From Microcoleus sp. (GTDB taxonomy: Bacteria; Cyanobacteriota; Cyanobacteriia; Cyanobacteriales; Microcoleaceae), in contig CP181291.1 of NCBI GenBank assembly GCA_052279835.1, forward strand, positions 5,024,001 to 5,088,000: a DNA stretch of 64,000 nt. Direction: 5' to 3'. The position numbers were made by a program, and so were the translations under genes. Below, one piece after another: positions 51,827 through 61,243 of this stretch (position 1 is the first letter of the stretch; every line of letters starts with the position of its first letter). A model generated the notes under the pieces. That model did not search any database. It had not been told where the DNA came from and worked only from the letters and a program-made list of their open reading frames with translations.

Positions 51827-53530
51827 TTATTGCTTTTTCAGGAACCAAAACGGAAAAGCTTGCGTCGGTTCTAAGCTAACACCTGTAATATTTTTTTGAG
51901 CAAAAGTATAATCTTTATCCTGCCACAGGGGGATGAAAGGTACATCTCTACCTAGTATGTCTTGAAGTTCAGCAAAAATGGCGTTGCGGATTTGTGGGTT
52001 TGGTTCTTGGCGCTGTTTGGCGATCAGTTGATTCACCCGATCGCTATAATAAAAGGAACCCTGACCCTGACTAGCACCCTTGGAACAGCCGCCAGCCGCC
52101 GAACCTTCGGCACAATCTAAAAATGGCTGTATATAATTATCGGCATCGAAAAAGTCGGCGTACCAATCCACTAACACCGCAGGATAAATTCCCTTCTCAA
52201 TATTTTGAAATAAAGTGGGAGATTCCACACTATTAACTTCTACCTCTAGGATTCCCTCCATCTTGAGTTTAGCTATGGCCTTGATGGTACTCGCCACTAA
52301 ACCTCTTTTTGCCGAAGATGAAGGATACCAGATTTGCAATACTAAAGGATTTGCTGCTGAGTATCCCGCTTTAGTCAATAATTCCTTGGCTTTTACCATG
52401 TTGGCGTCGCCGTAGAGTTCTTTGAAAACGGGTTTTTGAACGTCAAAGGTTGTGGGAATCAGACTGTACAGTGGCTGTGCTTGTCCACGGAGTACGCGAT
52501 CGTTAATTAGTGGGCGATCGATCGTAGCTGCGATCGCCTGTCTCACATATATATTATCCAGGGGTTTAGACTGGATATTCAGCGTCATATAACTGACGGT
52601 ACTACTCTCGGCCTCGAATTCCTGCCATTTCCCTTTTTTTGCTCCCTCATCCAAACTGCGAACTTGATCTGCATCCAGAGATAAATAAGCAACATCGATC
52701 GCACCGGTGCGAAAAGTATTAAACAAATTGGCGGAACTAGAAAGCAGCAACAAATCTATACCTTTATTTTGGGGTTTTTCTCCCCAATATTTATCAAATA
52801 CATCTATTTTGAGAGAATCGGTGCCATACTTGGCTAGCTTGTAGCGTCCGGTTCCCACAAATGTATCTGGTTTAAATTTACCGTCGCCAATTTCGTATGC
52901 TTTCGGAGAAATGGCACAAGTACCAGCAAAGGTGAGCATGGCCGGAAAAGCCGCAAAAGGCTTTTTTAATTTAACAGTTAACTCATATTCGCCGGTCGCT
53001 TTCACTGATTCTACAGCATCACCTAACAGGAAAGCTGGACGGCCACCATTTTTGATAAACCGCTGTAAAGAAAACTCCATGGCTGCGGCATTGAATGGTG
53101 TATCATCATGAAAAATCACCCCTTGACGCAGAGGAATTATATAGGTTAATCCATCGGGGCTGATTTTCGGCAGGGCTGTGGCTAAATCCGGGATTAACTT
53201 TGTAGTTCCCGACTCGTAGGTGTAGAGAGTATCGCCCAAGTTGTGCAACAATTGTGCCGAGATCACTTCGTAGGCGTCCCCAGGGTCGATCGTCCGCAGT
53301 TTCAAGGTTGTGCCAATGGTAATGCGATCGCTCTGAGCATTGTTAGTGCCAGAATTAACCGATGGATTTGTCGGCTGTCGGCAGCTTACAATTAACCAGC
53401 AGCAAAGACTCAACAGCGCTAGAACTTTAATCACCGAAGGTCTGATAAATATTTTTAGCGGCCACCTAGCTGTTCCCATTGTCATTTTACGCAATAATTC
53501 CCCAGTACGTATCATTAATCCAGAATCCAA
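51827..53530 (-). CDS. ABC transporter substrate-binding lipoprotein, family 5 (peptide/nickel); start uncertain
   Basis: Lipobox LIVSC; IPDLATALP, LRQGVIFHDDTPFNA, VGTGRYKL. Confidence 0.9.
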   Translation of the reverse strand: MDSGLMIRTGELLRKMTMGTARWPLKIFIRPSVIKVLALLSLCCWLIVSCRQPTNPSVNSGTNNAQSDRITIGTTLKLRTIDPGDAYEVISAQLLHNLGDTLYTYESGTTKLIPDLATALPKISPDGLTYIIPLRQGVIFHDDTPFNAAAMEFSLQRFIKNGGRPAFLLGDAVESVKATGEYELTVKLKKPFAAFPAMLTFAGTCAISPKAYEIGDGKFKPDTFVGTGRYKLAKYGTDSLKIDVFDKYWGEKPQNKGIDLLLLSSSANLFNTFRTGAIDVAYLSLDADQVRSLDEGAKKGKWQEFEAESSTVSYMTLNIQSKPLDNIYVRQAIAATIDRPLINDRVLRGQAQPLYSLIPTTFDVQKPVFKELYGDANMVKAKELLTKAGYSAANPLVLQIWYPSSSAKRGLVASTIKAIAKLKMEGILEVEVNSVESPTLFQNIEKGIYPAVLVDWYADFFDADNYIQPFLDCAEGSAAGGCSKGASQGQGSFYYSDRVNQLIAKQRQEPNPQIRNAIFAELQDILGRDVPFIPLWQDKDYTFAQKNITGVSLEPTQAFPFWFLKKQ

Positions 53531-53578
53531 AATCTAAAATTGCCCGATGCCCTCTGCCCCATTCCCGATGCCCAAATA

Positions 53579-55099
53579 TCAAATTCCTTTGAGTAAAGTG
53601 CGCCAATCTCGACAGCGTTTGAGATAAATGCGAGCCACCCGATCGCTAGGGTTGTTCCGCAAACACTCTTCAAACAATTTTCCCGCTTCTCGAAACTCCT
53701 TGCGATCGCACAATAACATAGCTTCATTATATATGGGCAAATTTTCTAGCTTTGCCAATCTCACCTCCTCTGGTTCGGCATCAAATACTTCATAAACTGT
53801 TACAAATTGAGATTTTCCTTTGACCTGTACCTTATCGACGATGCGAACAGCATAATCAGCCGGATTTCGCAACTTCTCAAAAGTGGCATGAGAAATTAAC
53901 AGCGGTACGCCGTAATCTTTAGTCAATCCTTCAATCCGAGAGGCCAAATTAACCGCATCACTAATCACAGTGCTATCCATCCGACTTTTGCCACCAACTG
54001 TCCCCAACATCAAAGAACCTGTGTTAATGCCAATGCCAATTTGAATGGGGATGTATCCCACATTTTGACGGTGTTTGTTGTAGTCTTTGAGAATGTTTAA
54101 CATAGCAATACCAGCCTTGACAGCATCATCGGCACAGTCGCTAAATAGAGCCATAATTGCATCACCTATATATTTGTCGATGAACCCATTATTTCTAGCA
54201 ATAGCCGGCTCCATCCGCGACAAATAAGCATTGATAAAATTAAAATTTTCTTGCGGTGTCATGCTCTCAGAAAGCGTTGTAAAATCCCGGATATCCGCAA
54301 ATAAAACCGACATTTCTTGCTGTGTTTGATCCCCTAAATTAACTTCGATAATGCTTTCATATCCCAGTAAATTTAGAAATTGATGAGGAACAAACCGCCC
54401 ATAGGCATCAGTTAATTCTGACTCGGCATCTAGGGAGGCTTCCAGACTTTGATTGAGGAGAGAGAGTTCATTAATAAACTTATGGCGATCGCTTTCTGCT
54501 TGTTTACGTTCTGTAATATCTTGAAAAACTGCGATCGCAAAAGCCACAGTACCGTCCTCGTCAAAAATTGGTGTTCCCCAAATCTCGATCGGAATTATAT
54601 TGTCGTGTAGATGAACTTCCATATCCTCAGCCGTGGAAGTTTCGCCCTTCAAAGCTCGGACGATTGGCAAATTTTCGCTCGGATAAATAGTATCAGTACC
54701 CGCGAGATAAATTTGATAAACTTCCGACAAATTATCAACGGTATTTAATGGTACAACCCCTTTGCCCAGCAACTGCTCTCCCGCACGATTAACATAGCAA
54801 GGTTTGCCTTCAAAATCAAGAACTACCACTCCGATGGGAATAGCTTCCAGAAACTGAGCCAGCCGCTTTTCTGCTTCGCGCACTGCTTGCAGTGCCCGAT
54901 AGCGTAACTCGCTTGTCAGATTATCAGAGTGGGCGGCACTGGTTTCTAACAAAATTTCCAGATCCGCTTTTTCCTCTTTCAAATCTTCCACTTGCTGGCG
55001 CAATTTTTCGAGTTCCAAAACTAGCTCTTCTCTCGATGGTTGTTCTTCTAACATAACCCTAGAACTTGCGCCTTTACCAACAGAAAATTGCATCATCAT
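53579..55099 (-). CDS. Class III adenylate cyclase with N-terminal coiled coil, PAS and C-terminal TPR-like helix
   Basis: FADIRDFT, DKYIGDAIM, GIGINTG, STVISDAVNLASRIE; Lys/Thr specificity residues point to ATP. Confidence 0.9.
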   Translation of the reverse strand: MMMQFSVGKGASSRVMLEEQPSREELVLELEKLRQQVEDLKEEKADLEILLETSAAHSDNLTSELRYRALQAVREAEKRLAQFLEAIPIGVVVLDFEGKPCYVNRAGEQLLGKGVVPLNTVDNLSEVYQIYLAGTDTIYPSENLPIVRALKGETSTAEDMEVHLHDNIIPIEIWGTPIFDEDGTVAFAIAVFQDITERKQAESDRHKFINELSLLNQSLEASLDAESELTDAYGRFVPHQFLNLLGYESIIEVNLGDQTQQEMSVLFADIRDFTTLSESMTPQENFNFINAYLSRMEPAIARNNGFIDKYIGDAIMALFSDCADDAVKAGIAMLNILKDYNKHRQNVGYIPIQIGIGINTGSLMLGTVGGKSRMDSTVISDAVNLASRIEGLTKDYGVPLLISHATFEKLRNPADYAVRIVDKVQVKGKSQFVTVYEVFDAEPEEVRLAKLENLPIYNEAMLLCDRKEFREAGKLFEECLRNNPSDRVARIYLKRCRDWRTLLKGI

Positions 55100-55126
55100 T
55101 CCGAATCCCAAAGGCTCTGGCAGTTC

Positions 55127-55471
55127 CTACACTAATTCCACCACTAAAGCAGGCATTAGACGCTGCAAATTCTTCAAAGATTTACCTTGCCAAGCGACAG
55201 ATTTAGAGCCTTGTACCGCCATTTGCACCCCAGGTTTTTTTCGCATCTCAATGATGAACTTCGACAGCATACTGATCCCCGAACTGTTCAAAAATTCTAA
55301 CTGCTGCAAATTCAGAATAATTTTTTCCGTTTGCGTATCGGCTACATCGCCGAGCAACTGGGTAATCGGCTGGTATTCTTCAGGCCCGCTTAGTCGCAGG
55401 GAGCCGGAAAAACTCACCGTGGCTGTCTCTCGATCGTAGCAGATGTGGTATTTTTCTGTCTTAATTTCCAT
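55127..55471 (-). CDS. STAS-like partner-switch protein (Slr1659/SiaC-like)
   Basis: FSGSLRL, LNLQQLEFLNSSGISMLSKF (SpoIIAA-like phosphoacceptor loop), WQGKSLKNLQRL. Confidence 0.8.
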   Translation of the reverse strand: MEIKTEKYHICYDRETATVSFSGSLRLSGPEEYQPITQLLGDVADTQTEKIILNLQQLEFLNSSGISMLSKFIIEMRKKPGVQMAVQGSKSVAWQGKSLKNLQRLMPALVVELV

Positions 55472-55518
55472 TGTGGCGAAAAAAGTGGCTTAAGTTGGAT
55501 AATTGATGCCCGATGGGC

Positions 55519-56097
55519 TTATAATCTTAGTTGTACCATCGTGGTGACGGCAATGACTTCCGGGTCCTGTTGAACCGTCTCGAACTTCCAGCCCATCTTG
55601 GCGCTGTAGTCGTTGAGCATAGTCAGCAAGCCTAACCCTGAAGCGGTACAGTTCTCATCAGCAGCATTTTTTTCTAACTGCTCAATATACATCTCGCTGG
55701 GGTCGCAAAGCAGCAATTTCTGAATGTAACCCTGAAAATTGTCAACAGCAGAAGCCGGAATGCTGTTAGCCACGGAGAAAATTAGCCCGTCCTTCTCCAA
55801 TTGCAGTTTAATATCGATCGGGTAATGGGAATTTTCATCGTTAAACTTCATCGCATTTTCCAATAACTCATTAGCAATATAGCTAACGGCACTTTTCACC
55901 TCCGCTTGTCTTGTCAGTGCTGAGGCATCCTCTTGACTCCCCGGAAAAAAAGTCGTCAAGTAGTCCGCGAGGAAATCAGCCGATAAACCGTTATTCCGCC
56001 ATCGTTGCTTCAGGGGAATAGAACTAGGAGAAAATCCAATGATTAAATATTCTTGGCTGGGAGTCGGCTCAATGAAATTACCGAAGATCTGATTCAT
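55519..56097 (-). CDS. GHKL-like Ser/Thr kinase or anti-sigma-type protein (Slr1658/SiaB-like)
   Basis: N-box NELLENAMKF, G-box SGLGLLTM, RWRNNGLSADFLADY. Confidence 0.78.
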   Translation of the reverse strand: MNQIFGNFIEPTPSQEYLIIGFSPSSIPLKQRWRNNGLSADFLADYLTTFFPGSQEDASALTRQAEVKSAVSYIANELLENAMKFNDENSHYPIDIKLQLEKDGLIFSVANSIPASAVDNFQGYIQKLLLCDPSEMYIEQLEKNAADENCTASGLGLLTMLNDYSAKMGWKFETVQQDPEVIAVTTMVQLRL

Positions 56098-56238
56098 GTT
56101 GATTAGTCTGTGGTCTGTTAGTCTTAGTTATTTGTGAGGAGTTATTTGTGATTATGTAGTGTTGATTTACAGGCGGTTATTTATGAATTTTGGGTTTTCA
56201 TAACTAATCTATCCTAACCAATAACTGATAACCAAGTA

Positions 56239-58212
56239 TTATTTTTGTTTGAGAATCAGCAATGTGATATCATCAAAGATTTTTTGTTCGCCTATGTGCG
56301 ATCGCACATCGTCAATGACAGCGTACCTGATTTCTGATGCCGTTCGTTGCCAATTTATTTGTATGACATCAATTAACCGCTCTAAACCGTAAAGCATCTT
56401 ATCCATATTTTCAGCTTCCGTAATCCCATCAGTGTACAGCACTACCACATCTCCTTTATATAACTGCACCATTTTTTCAGCAACAAATTCAGTAATATCT
56501 ACATCGAGCCCGATGGGGAAACCCAAATCGATGGTATCAAACCGCTCTACAGAACCATTAGAACGCACCACAATCATTTCTTCGTGCTGACCGCTCAATT
56601 TCAGCATTCCTTCCTCATAGTCTAGCAAAGCCAAGGTAGCATTCTTGTCAGATTTCATCCGTTGTACATTATCGTAAATAGCCCGATTAATAGCACTTAA
56701 AAATCTAACGGGATCGGGTTCATTGTAAGCCAGCAAAGTCCGCACAGCCGTTTGAACCATAATCATTAAAACACCACTTTCTAAGCCATGTCCAGTGACA
56801 TCGCCGATACCAATCTTTACTCTACCATCTTGCTGAAGTACATCGTAATAATCGCCACCTACTTCATCGGCAGATTCCATAAATCCTGCAATATCTAGAC
56901 CGATGACAGCCTTAAGTTCTCGGTCTTTCGGCAACAGCATTTGCTGAATTTTGCGAGTCACATCTAATTCGGCACTCATCCGCACATTTTCGGCTTTGAG
57001 GCGATCGTTTAAAACAGTAATTTCTTGGTTCGCATAAACCAATGCCTCAGCAATTTTGTTAAATGACCTCACGACTTGCCCTAATTCATCTTTATTATCC
57101 AAATTAATTTTGTAGTCAAGATTACCTCTTGCCATTTTTTTGGAAGCTTCATCCAGTACCAAGACTGTTTCCATCACCGACTGATAAAAAGATACAAATA
57201 CATAAAAAACTATGGAAAGACTAAAAAAAACTACTATAGTAATAGTCCGCTTTTTATTGAGAAGATTTTCAATCCGCTTCTCTAGTAAAAAATCTAATTC
57301 TTCTATAATTTTATCCCACAGCTCAAAACTTAATTCTAACACTCTTTCAGTTGAGTCAATATAGGCATAATACTGAACATTTTCCGATGGATAGTTGAGT
57401 TTATCTAGACTTTTAGATAATTGATATATAAGAAAAATAAAGCTTTGCAAATCATTATTTAATTTGGGCTTTAAATTTTTTTGTGGATTGTTTATAAACG
57501 CAACATTCATGTTAAACTCTAAAGCCTCACTTAATTCTCTTAATTTTACAGAAAGAGCAATATATTGGGTTCTATCATCTTGTGTAGCATTTGACTTCAG
57601 GCTGGTTTTTTCAGAAATCCTTCTGATTTCTGAAAGATTTTTTTGAATTTCGGGCAGTTTCAATAAAGTAGCATCCATTAAGTAATAAGTGTCTAAGTCG
57701 GGGTCTAATATTAAATTAGAACTATCCCCAACATCAGCAGCCAATTTATTAATATTTGCTAATAAGGTTTGATATAAAAAGTCATAGGTTTCTAAGCTCC
57801 ACTGGTGGCGACGCAGTTTAAAATTTTGCCAAGTAAGATAAGTTTTATTCATTTTTTCTGAAGATTTTAATAAATTTCCGAGCCTGCTATCAGTATTGGC
57901 AAGATTTTGAAAGTTTGAGTCTATTTTTGCTTCTAGTTCTGCCCTGAACTCTGGTCGGCTTAAATTTGTGTTTAATGGCTGATAATCTAAGAGTTGAAGT
58001 TGGGGTATGTGCTGTCTCAATTGTCGCAGGGGGCGCAGGTATTGATTGCCGTAAATTTCTTTTTGAGCAAAATTTACCTGGCTATTAATCTCGGAAATCA
58101 GTAGGTATATGACCAATGTTAAGGGCAGGGCAAAGAGAAAGCCAATTAGGATAAATTTTTGGGGATAGCTCAGACGATTCATTAAATGGATACCGAAGGA
58201 TTTTTGGTTCAT
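56239..58212 (-). CDS. Membrane-bound HAMP plus SpoIIE (PP2C) phosphatase, SiaA/RsbU-like
   Basis: Two TM segments, periplasmic SNLILDPDLDTYYLMD, HAMP (DELGQVVRSFN), EVGGDYYD, GDVTGHG, YTDGITEA, DDITL. Confidence 0.92.
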   Translation of the reverse strand: MNQKSFGIHLMNRLSYPQKFILIGFLFALPLTLVIYLLISEINSQVNFAQKEIYGNQYLRPLRQLRQHIPQLQLLDYQPLNTNLSRPEFRAELEAKIDSNFQNLANTDSRLGNLLKSSEKMNKTYLTWQNFKLRRHQWSLETYDFLYQTLLANINKLAADVGDSSNLILDPDLDTYYLMDATLLKLPEIQKNLSEIRRISEKTSLKSNATQDDRTQYIALSVKLRELSEALEFNMNVAFINNPQKNLKPKLNNDLQSFIFLIYQLSKSLDKLNYPSENVQYYAYIDSTERVLELSFELWDKIIEELDFLLEKRIENLLNKKRTITIVVFFSLSIVFYVFVSFYQSVMETVLVLDEASKKMARGNLDYKINLDNKDELGQVVRSFNKIAEALVYANQEITVLNDRLKAENVRMSAELDVTRKIQQMLLPKDRELKAVIGLDIAGFMESADEVGGDYYDVLQQDGRVKIGIGDVTGHGLESGVLMIMVQTAVRTLLAYNEPDPVRFLSAINRAIYDNVQRMKSDKNATLALLDYEEGMLKLSGQHEEMIVVRSNGSVERFDTIDLGFPIGLDVDITEFVAEKMVQLYKGDVVVLYTDGITEAENMDKMLYGLERLIDVIQINWQRTASEIRYAVIDDVRSHIGEQKIFDDITLLILKQK

Positions 58213-58510
58213 ATGTGACACAATCCACAAATATTTTACTCAATTAGTAGCAAAAGCTACTAATTTTTTTGGATCATTCCTGAAAAAATCAGTTTTGACG
58301 CACCATCAGAAGTTTGGCGAGGATTAATATAGTTATTTCCTGAAACTCTACTCTAGAGACAGAATAAGACGATACTTACATCGCTGCACTTGTAATGTTA
58401 GTTCTTGACAAAGGAACCAACACTAACATTAGCAGTGTCTACATAAGTATTGTTAGTGTTGTGTTCAGCAGCGATCGCGCCGCAGTCTGAAGTGAGGTGG
58501 AGGGCTTGTA

Positions 58511-59086
58511 ATGAAACGAATTTCCGAAAATAACTCTCAAGACAGTCAAAACCAAGCCCAAAAGCAGCCCAGGCCTTTAGTCTTGGCTTTGGTGTTAACA
58601 GGAATTCTGGCATTGGAAATGTATCCGAGTCTGGTAGATACCGCTGCTGCTAATGCTGGGGCGCTGAAACATTCCTTAACCAAGTTGGAAAGCCAACAAC
58701 AGCCAAGCATCAAGGAATTTGTGCCCACACCTGTTCTGGAAAACATCAGCTATTCGGAATTTGTAGGGAATAATTTAACTTCCGAATTAGACAATTTGGC
58801 TCAAGGATCGCACCAAAACCCCCCAAGCCAATTGCCCGCTTCCATCGTTGAGGCTGTTCGAGTGGACTTGTCGCGCCAAACTGGTATTGCTGCTGGAGGG
58901 TTACGAGTGACTGAATCGACGCGCCAAACTTGGCCGAATACTTGTTTGGGAATCTCGACAACTAATGAGTTGTGCGGCCAAATGATTGTGAAAGGTTGGC
59001 GGGTTGTGGTTTCTGATGGCCGCCAAATTTGGGTTTATCGCACCGATGCTAGGGGAAAGGTGTTGCGTTTGGAACCGAAAAATTGA
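58511..59086 (+). CDS. Exported hypothetical protein with a TWPNTCLG..C..GWRV..YRTD domain
   Basis: N-terminal hydrophobic segment; conserved-looking two-Cys C-terminal domain. Confidence 0.7.
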   Translation: MKRISENNSQDSQNQAQKQPRPLVLALVLTGILALEMYPSLVDTAAANAGALKHSLTKLESQQQPSIKEFVPTPVLENISYSEFVGNNLTSELDNLAQGSHQNPPSQLPASIVEAVRVDLSRQTGIAAGGLRVTESTRQTWPNTCLGISTTNELCGQMIVKGWRVVVSDGRQIWVYRTDARGKVLRLEPKN

Positions 59087-59253
59087 TGTGTAGCTGTCGC
59101 CAATTTGCCATACATCAATTGATCAGACTTATGCAAAAAACCCGGTTTCTTCCAAAAATCGTCGATTTTTTCGACAAATATTCACCCAGAAACCGGGTTT
59201 TTGCCCCCCCATGGGTCCTGGACTGAATTTAAATTTTTGGGTGGGGCGGGCTT

Positions 59254-60351
59254 CTAGCCTGCGTTTGATCCTGCTTGTTTTTCGATGAGTCCGCCGCCAA
59301 GAAGCAAGTCCCCTTCGTACCAAACTGCTGCTTGTCCGGGGGTGATGCTCAACTGCGGTTCGTCAAAAATTAACTTGACTCTTGTACCGCGAGTATTTTC
59401 TGCTTCCTGGGAGGATTCTAGGGGAATTACTGTGGCGGGGACTGGGTGCGATCGATACCGAATCTGTACTTCGGCTCGAATGGGAGCTGCGGGCTGTGCT
59501 ACAGAAACCCAATTCACTTGCTGGACATAACACTCGGATTCTACTGCTAAGAGTCGATCGCCCACAATCACCCGATTTCTGGCAGCATCCAATTCGACCA
59601 CGTACAGGGGTTCAGGTGCTGCAATACCCAGTCCCTTGCGTTGGCCGATGGTATAGTGGTGTATCCCGTCGTGCTGTCCGAGCACTCGGCCATCCTTATG
59701 CACAATATCACCCTTTTGCGGAGCAATGTATTTATCCAGAAATGCCCGCATGGAACCGTTACTTTCCACCAAACACAAATCCTGACTTTCCGGCTTATCA
59801 GCAGTTGTCAAGCCAAACTCCGCGGCTATTCTGCGAGTTTCAGTCTTGGTAATTTCCCCCAAAGGGAACTCCGTACCTGCTAGAAAATCTTGTGTCAAAT
59901 CGTACAAGAAATAGGACTGGTCTTTGCCGGGGTCGATCGCCCGACGCAACTGATAGCGACCTGTCAGAGTATCATGAGTAATCCGAGCGTAGTGACCTGT
60001 AGCAATTTTGTCAATTCCGAGTTCTTGGCGAGCATACTTGAGCATCGGGCCGAACTTCACAGTTTTATTGCACTGGGAACAAGGCAAAGGCGTAATTCCA
60101 GCACTATAACCATCCACCAAAAAATCCACAATACTTGCTTGAAAAACCTCGCGGCTGTCAACTATGTGGTGAGGAACGCCCAACTGTTCGCAAATTTTAG
60201 CTGCATCGACCATTCCCTCAGAGCAGCACTGGCCTTTACCTTTCATCAGCCACAGAGTTAAACCCACCACTTCATATCCCTGATGGTGTAGAATTGCGGC
60301 TGCTGCGGAACTATCGACCCCGCCGGAGAGGCCTACAACAATCTTGTTCAT
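59254..60351 (-). CDS. mnmA: tRNA-specific 2-thiouridylase MnmA
   Basis: [51 protein letters not shown]. Confidence 0.96.
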   Translation of the reverse strand: MNKIVVGLSGGVDSSAAAAILHHQGYEVVGLTLWLMKGKGQCCSEGMVDAAKICEQLGVPHHIVDSREVFQASIVDFLVDGYSAGITPLPCSQCNKTVKFGPMLKYARQELGIDKIATGHYARITHDTLTGRYQLRRAIDPGKDQSYFLYDLTQDFLAGTEFPLGEITKTETRRIAAEFGLTTADKPESQDLCLVESNGSMRAFLDKYIAPQKGDIVHKDGRVLGQHDGIHHYTIGQRKGLGIAAPEPLYVVELDAARNRVIVGDRLLAVESECYVQQVNWVSVAQPAAPIRAEVQIRYRSHPVPATVIPLESSQEAENTRGTRVKLIFDEPQLSITPGQAAVWYEGDLLLGGGLIEKQAGSNAG

Positions 60352-60405
60352 GGTTCGGAAAAAACTTGCTATTTTACTGGTACTTCGTTCGATCGAGCTA
60401 ATTTA

Positions 60406-60882
60406 TTATAGTACAAAAATACTACAAGTTGCTACTGTTGCTGTTCTTTGGAATTTTAACATTCCTTTGACACTCAAGCGGTCTAAAGACACGCTCGATT
60501 CTGCAGACAGAATAGACATAGGCAACGCCCAAAGTCTAACTCTCGCTACGGTCGTCAAACACCGTCTATTCAGTCGGTCAAGGCTTACACCTAGCTTACT
60601 GACTACTTTTCTCAGAATATTAGCAGAACCATTTAAGTCTGCATTCACCACAGTTCCATCGGCTGACTGATACAATCCACGTTTAATTCGTCTTCCAGAT
60701 GCTTTCCACCCAAATGGTTTTTCACCATATTTGGGTAGGGAGTCTCCATCTAGAAAACTAGCTTTTGAGGTATACGCTTCTTCGGTTTCGGTAAACCTAA
60801 TGCCATATAAATAACAGAGCTGTTTGAGTCTATCCTTTAATTTTCCTAAAGGCATTTGAACAAACTTTTGATTGTTTACTCT
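60406..60882 (-). pseudogene. tnpB: TnpB C-terminal fragment
   Basis: NQKFVQMPLGKLKDRL, EEAYTSKASFLD, NADLNGSANILRK; N-terminal part and RuvC-I absent. Confidence 0.88.
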
Positions 60883-61238
60883 GCAAAGACTGTTGATTTG
60901 TCTAGCTTAAACGAATATAGTGGATATCTCAAGTCGTATCAACAAAATACTTATGCTGCCATTAGCTGAGTAGATGTACCTGCGTTGGTGGTTAAGTCGT
61001 TCAAAGGTCGCTCCAGTCGTTATTTGCCAGAGGAGTTTCCGCAACTAAAAAAACTGCCGTCTTTGTGGACGAGCAGCTATTTCGTGAGTACGGCAGGCAA
61101 TATTAGCAGGGAGGTTGTAAAAAAATATATAGAAGACCCGCATCACTCGGCCAACTAAAGAAAGAACACGGGGACTGAAGTCCCCCGCGCCGCTTCCCTA
61201 GGAAGGTCTAAAGACTCGCTCGTTTCCCGCATCCCGTA
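60467..61238. mobile_element. Internally deleted IS200/IS605 element with divergent tnpB and tnpA 3' fragments and both ends; left-end position approximate
   Basis: Right end on minus strand GAATCGAGCGTGTCTTTAGACCGCTTGAGTGTCAA; left-end region with GGGGACTGAAGTCCCC hairpin and a related GTCTTTAGAC stem. Confidence 0.8.
60973..61158 (+). pseudogene. tnpA: IS200-type Y1 transposase TnpA C-terminal fragment (absent from the ORF track)
   Basis: Translates as VVKSFKGRSSRYLPEEFPQLKKLPSLWTSSYFVSTAGNISREVVKKYIEDPHHSAN*; HUH part missing. Confidence 0.85.
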
Positions 61239-61243
61239 TTACT

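Noticed and set aside
58242..58265. 10-bp inverted repeat AATTAGTAGC-AAAA-GCTACTAATT upstream of the phosphatase gene
   Set aside because: Could be an operator or hairpin, but it is a single AT-rich instance with no supporting evidence, so it was not called
60406..60855. Functional compact TnpB/Cas12f nuclease
   Set aside because: Only the C-terminal ~150 aa remain; the N-terminal region and first RuvC motif are missing
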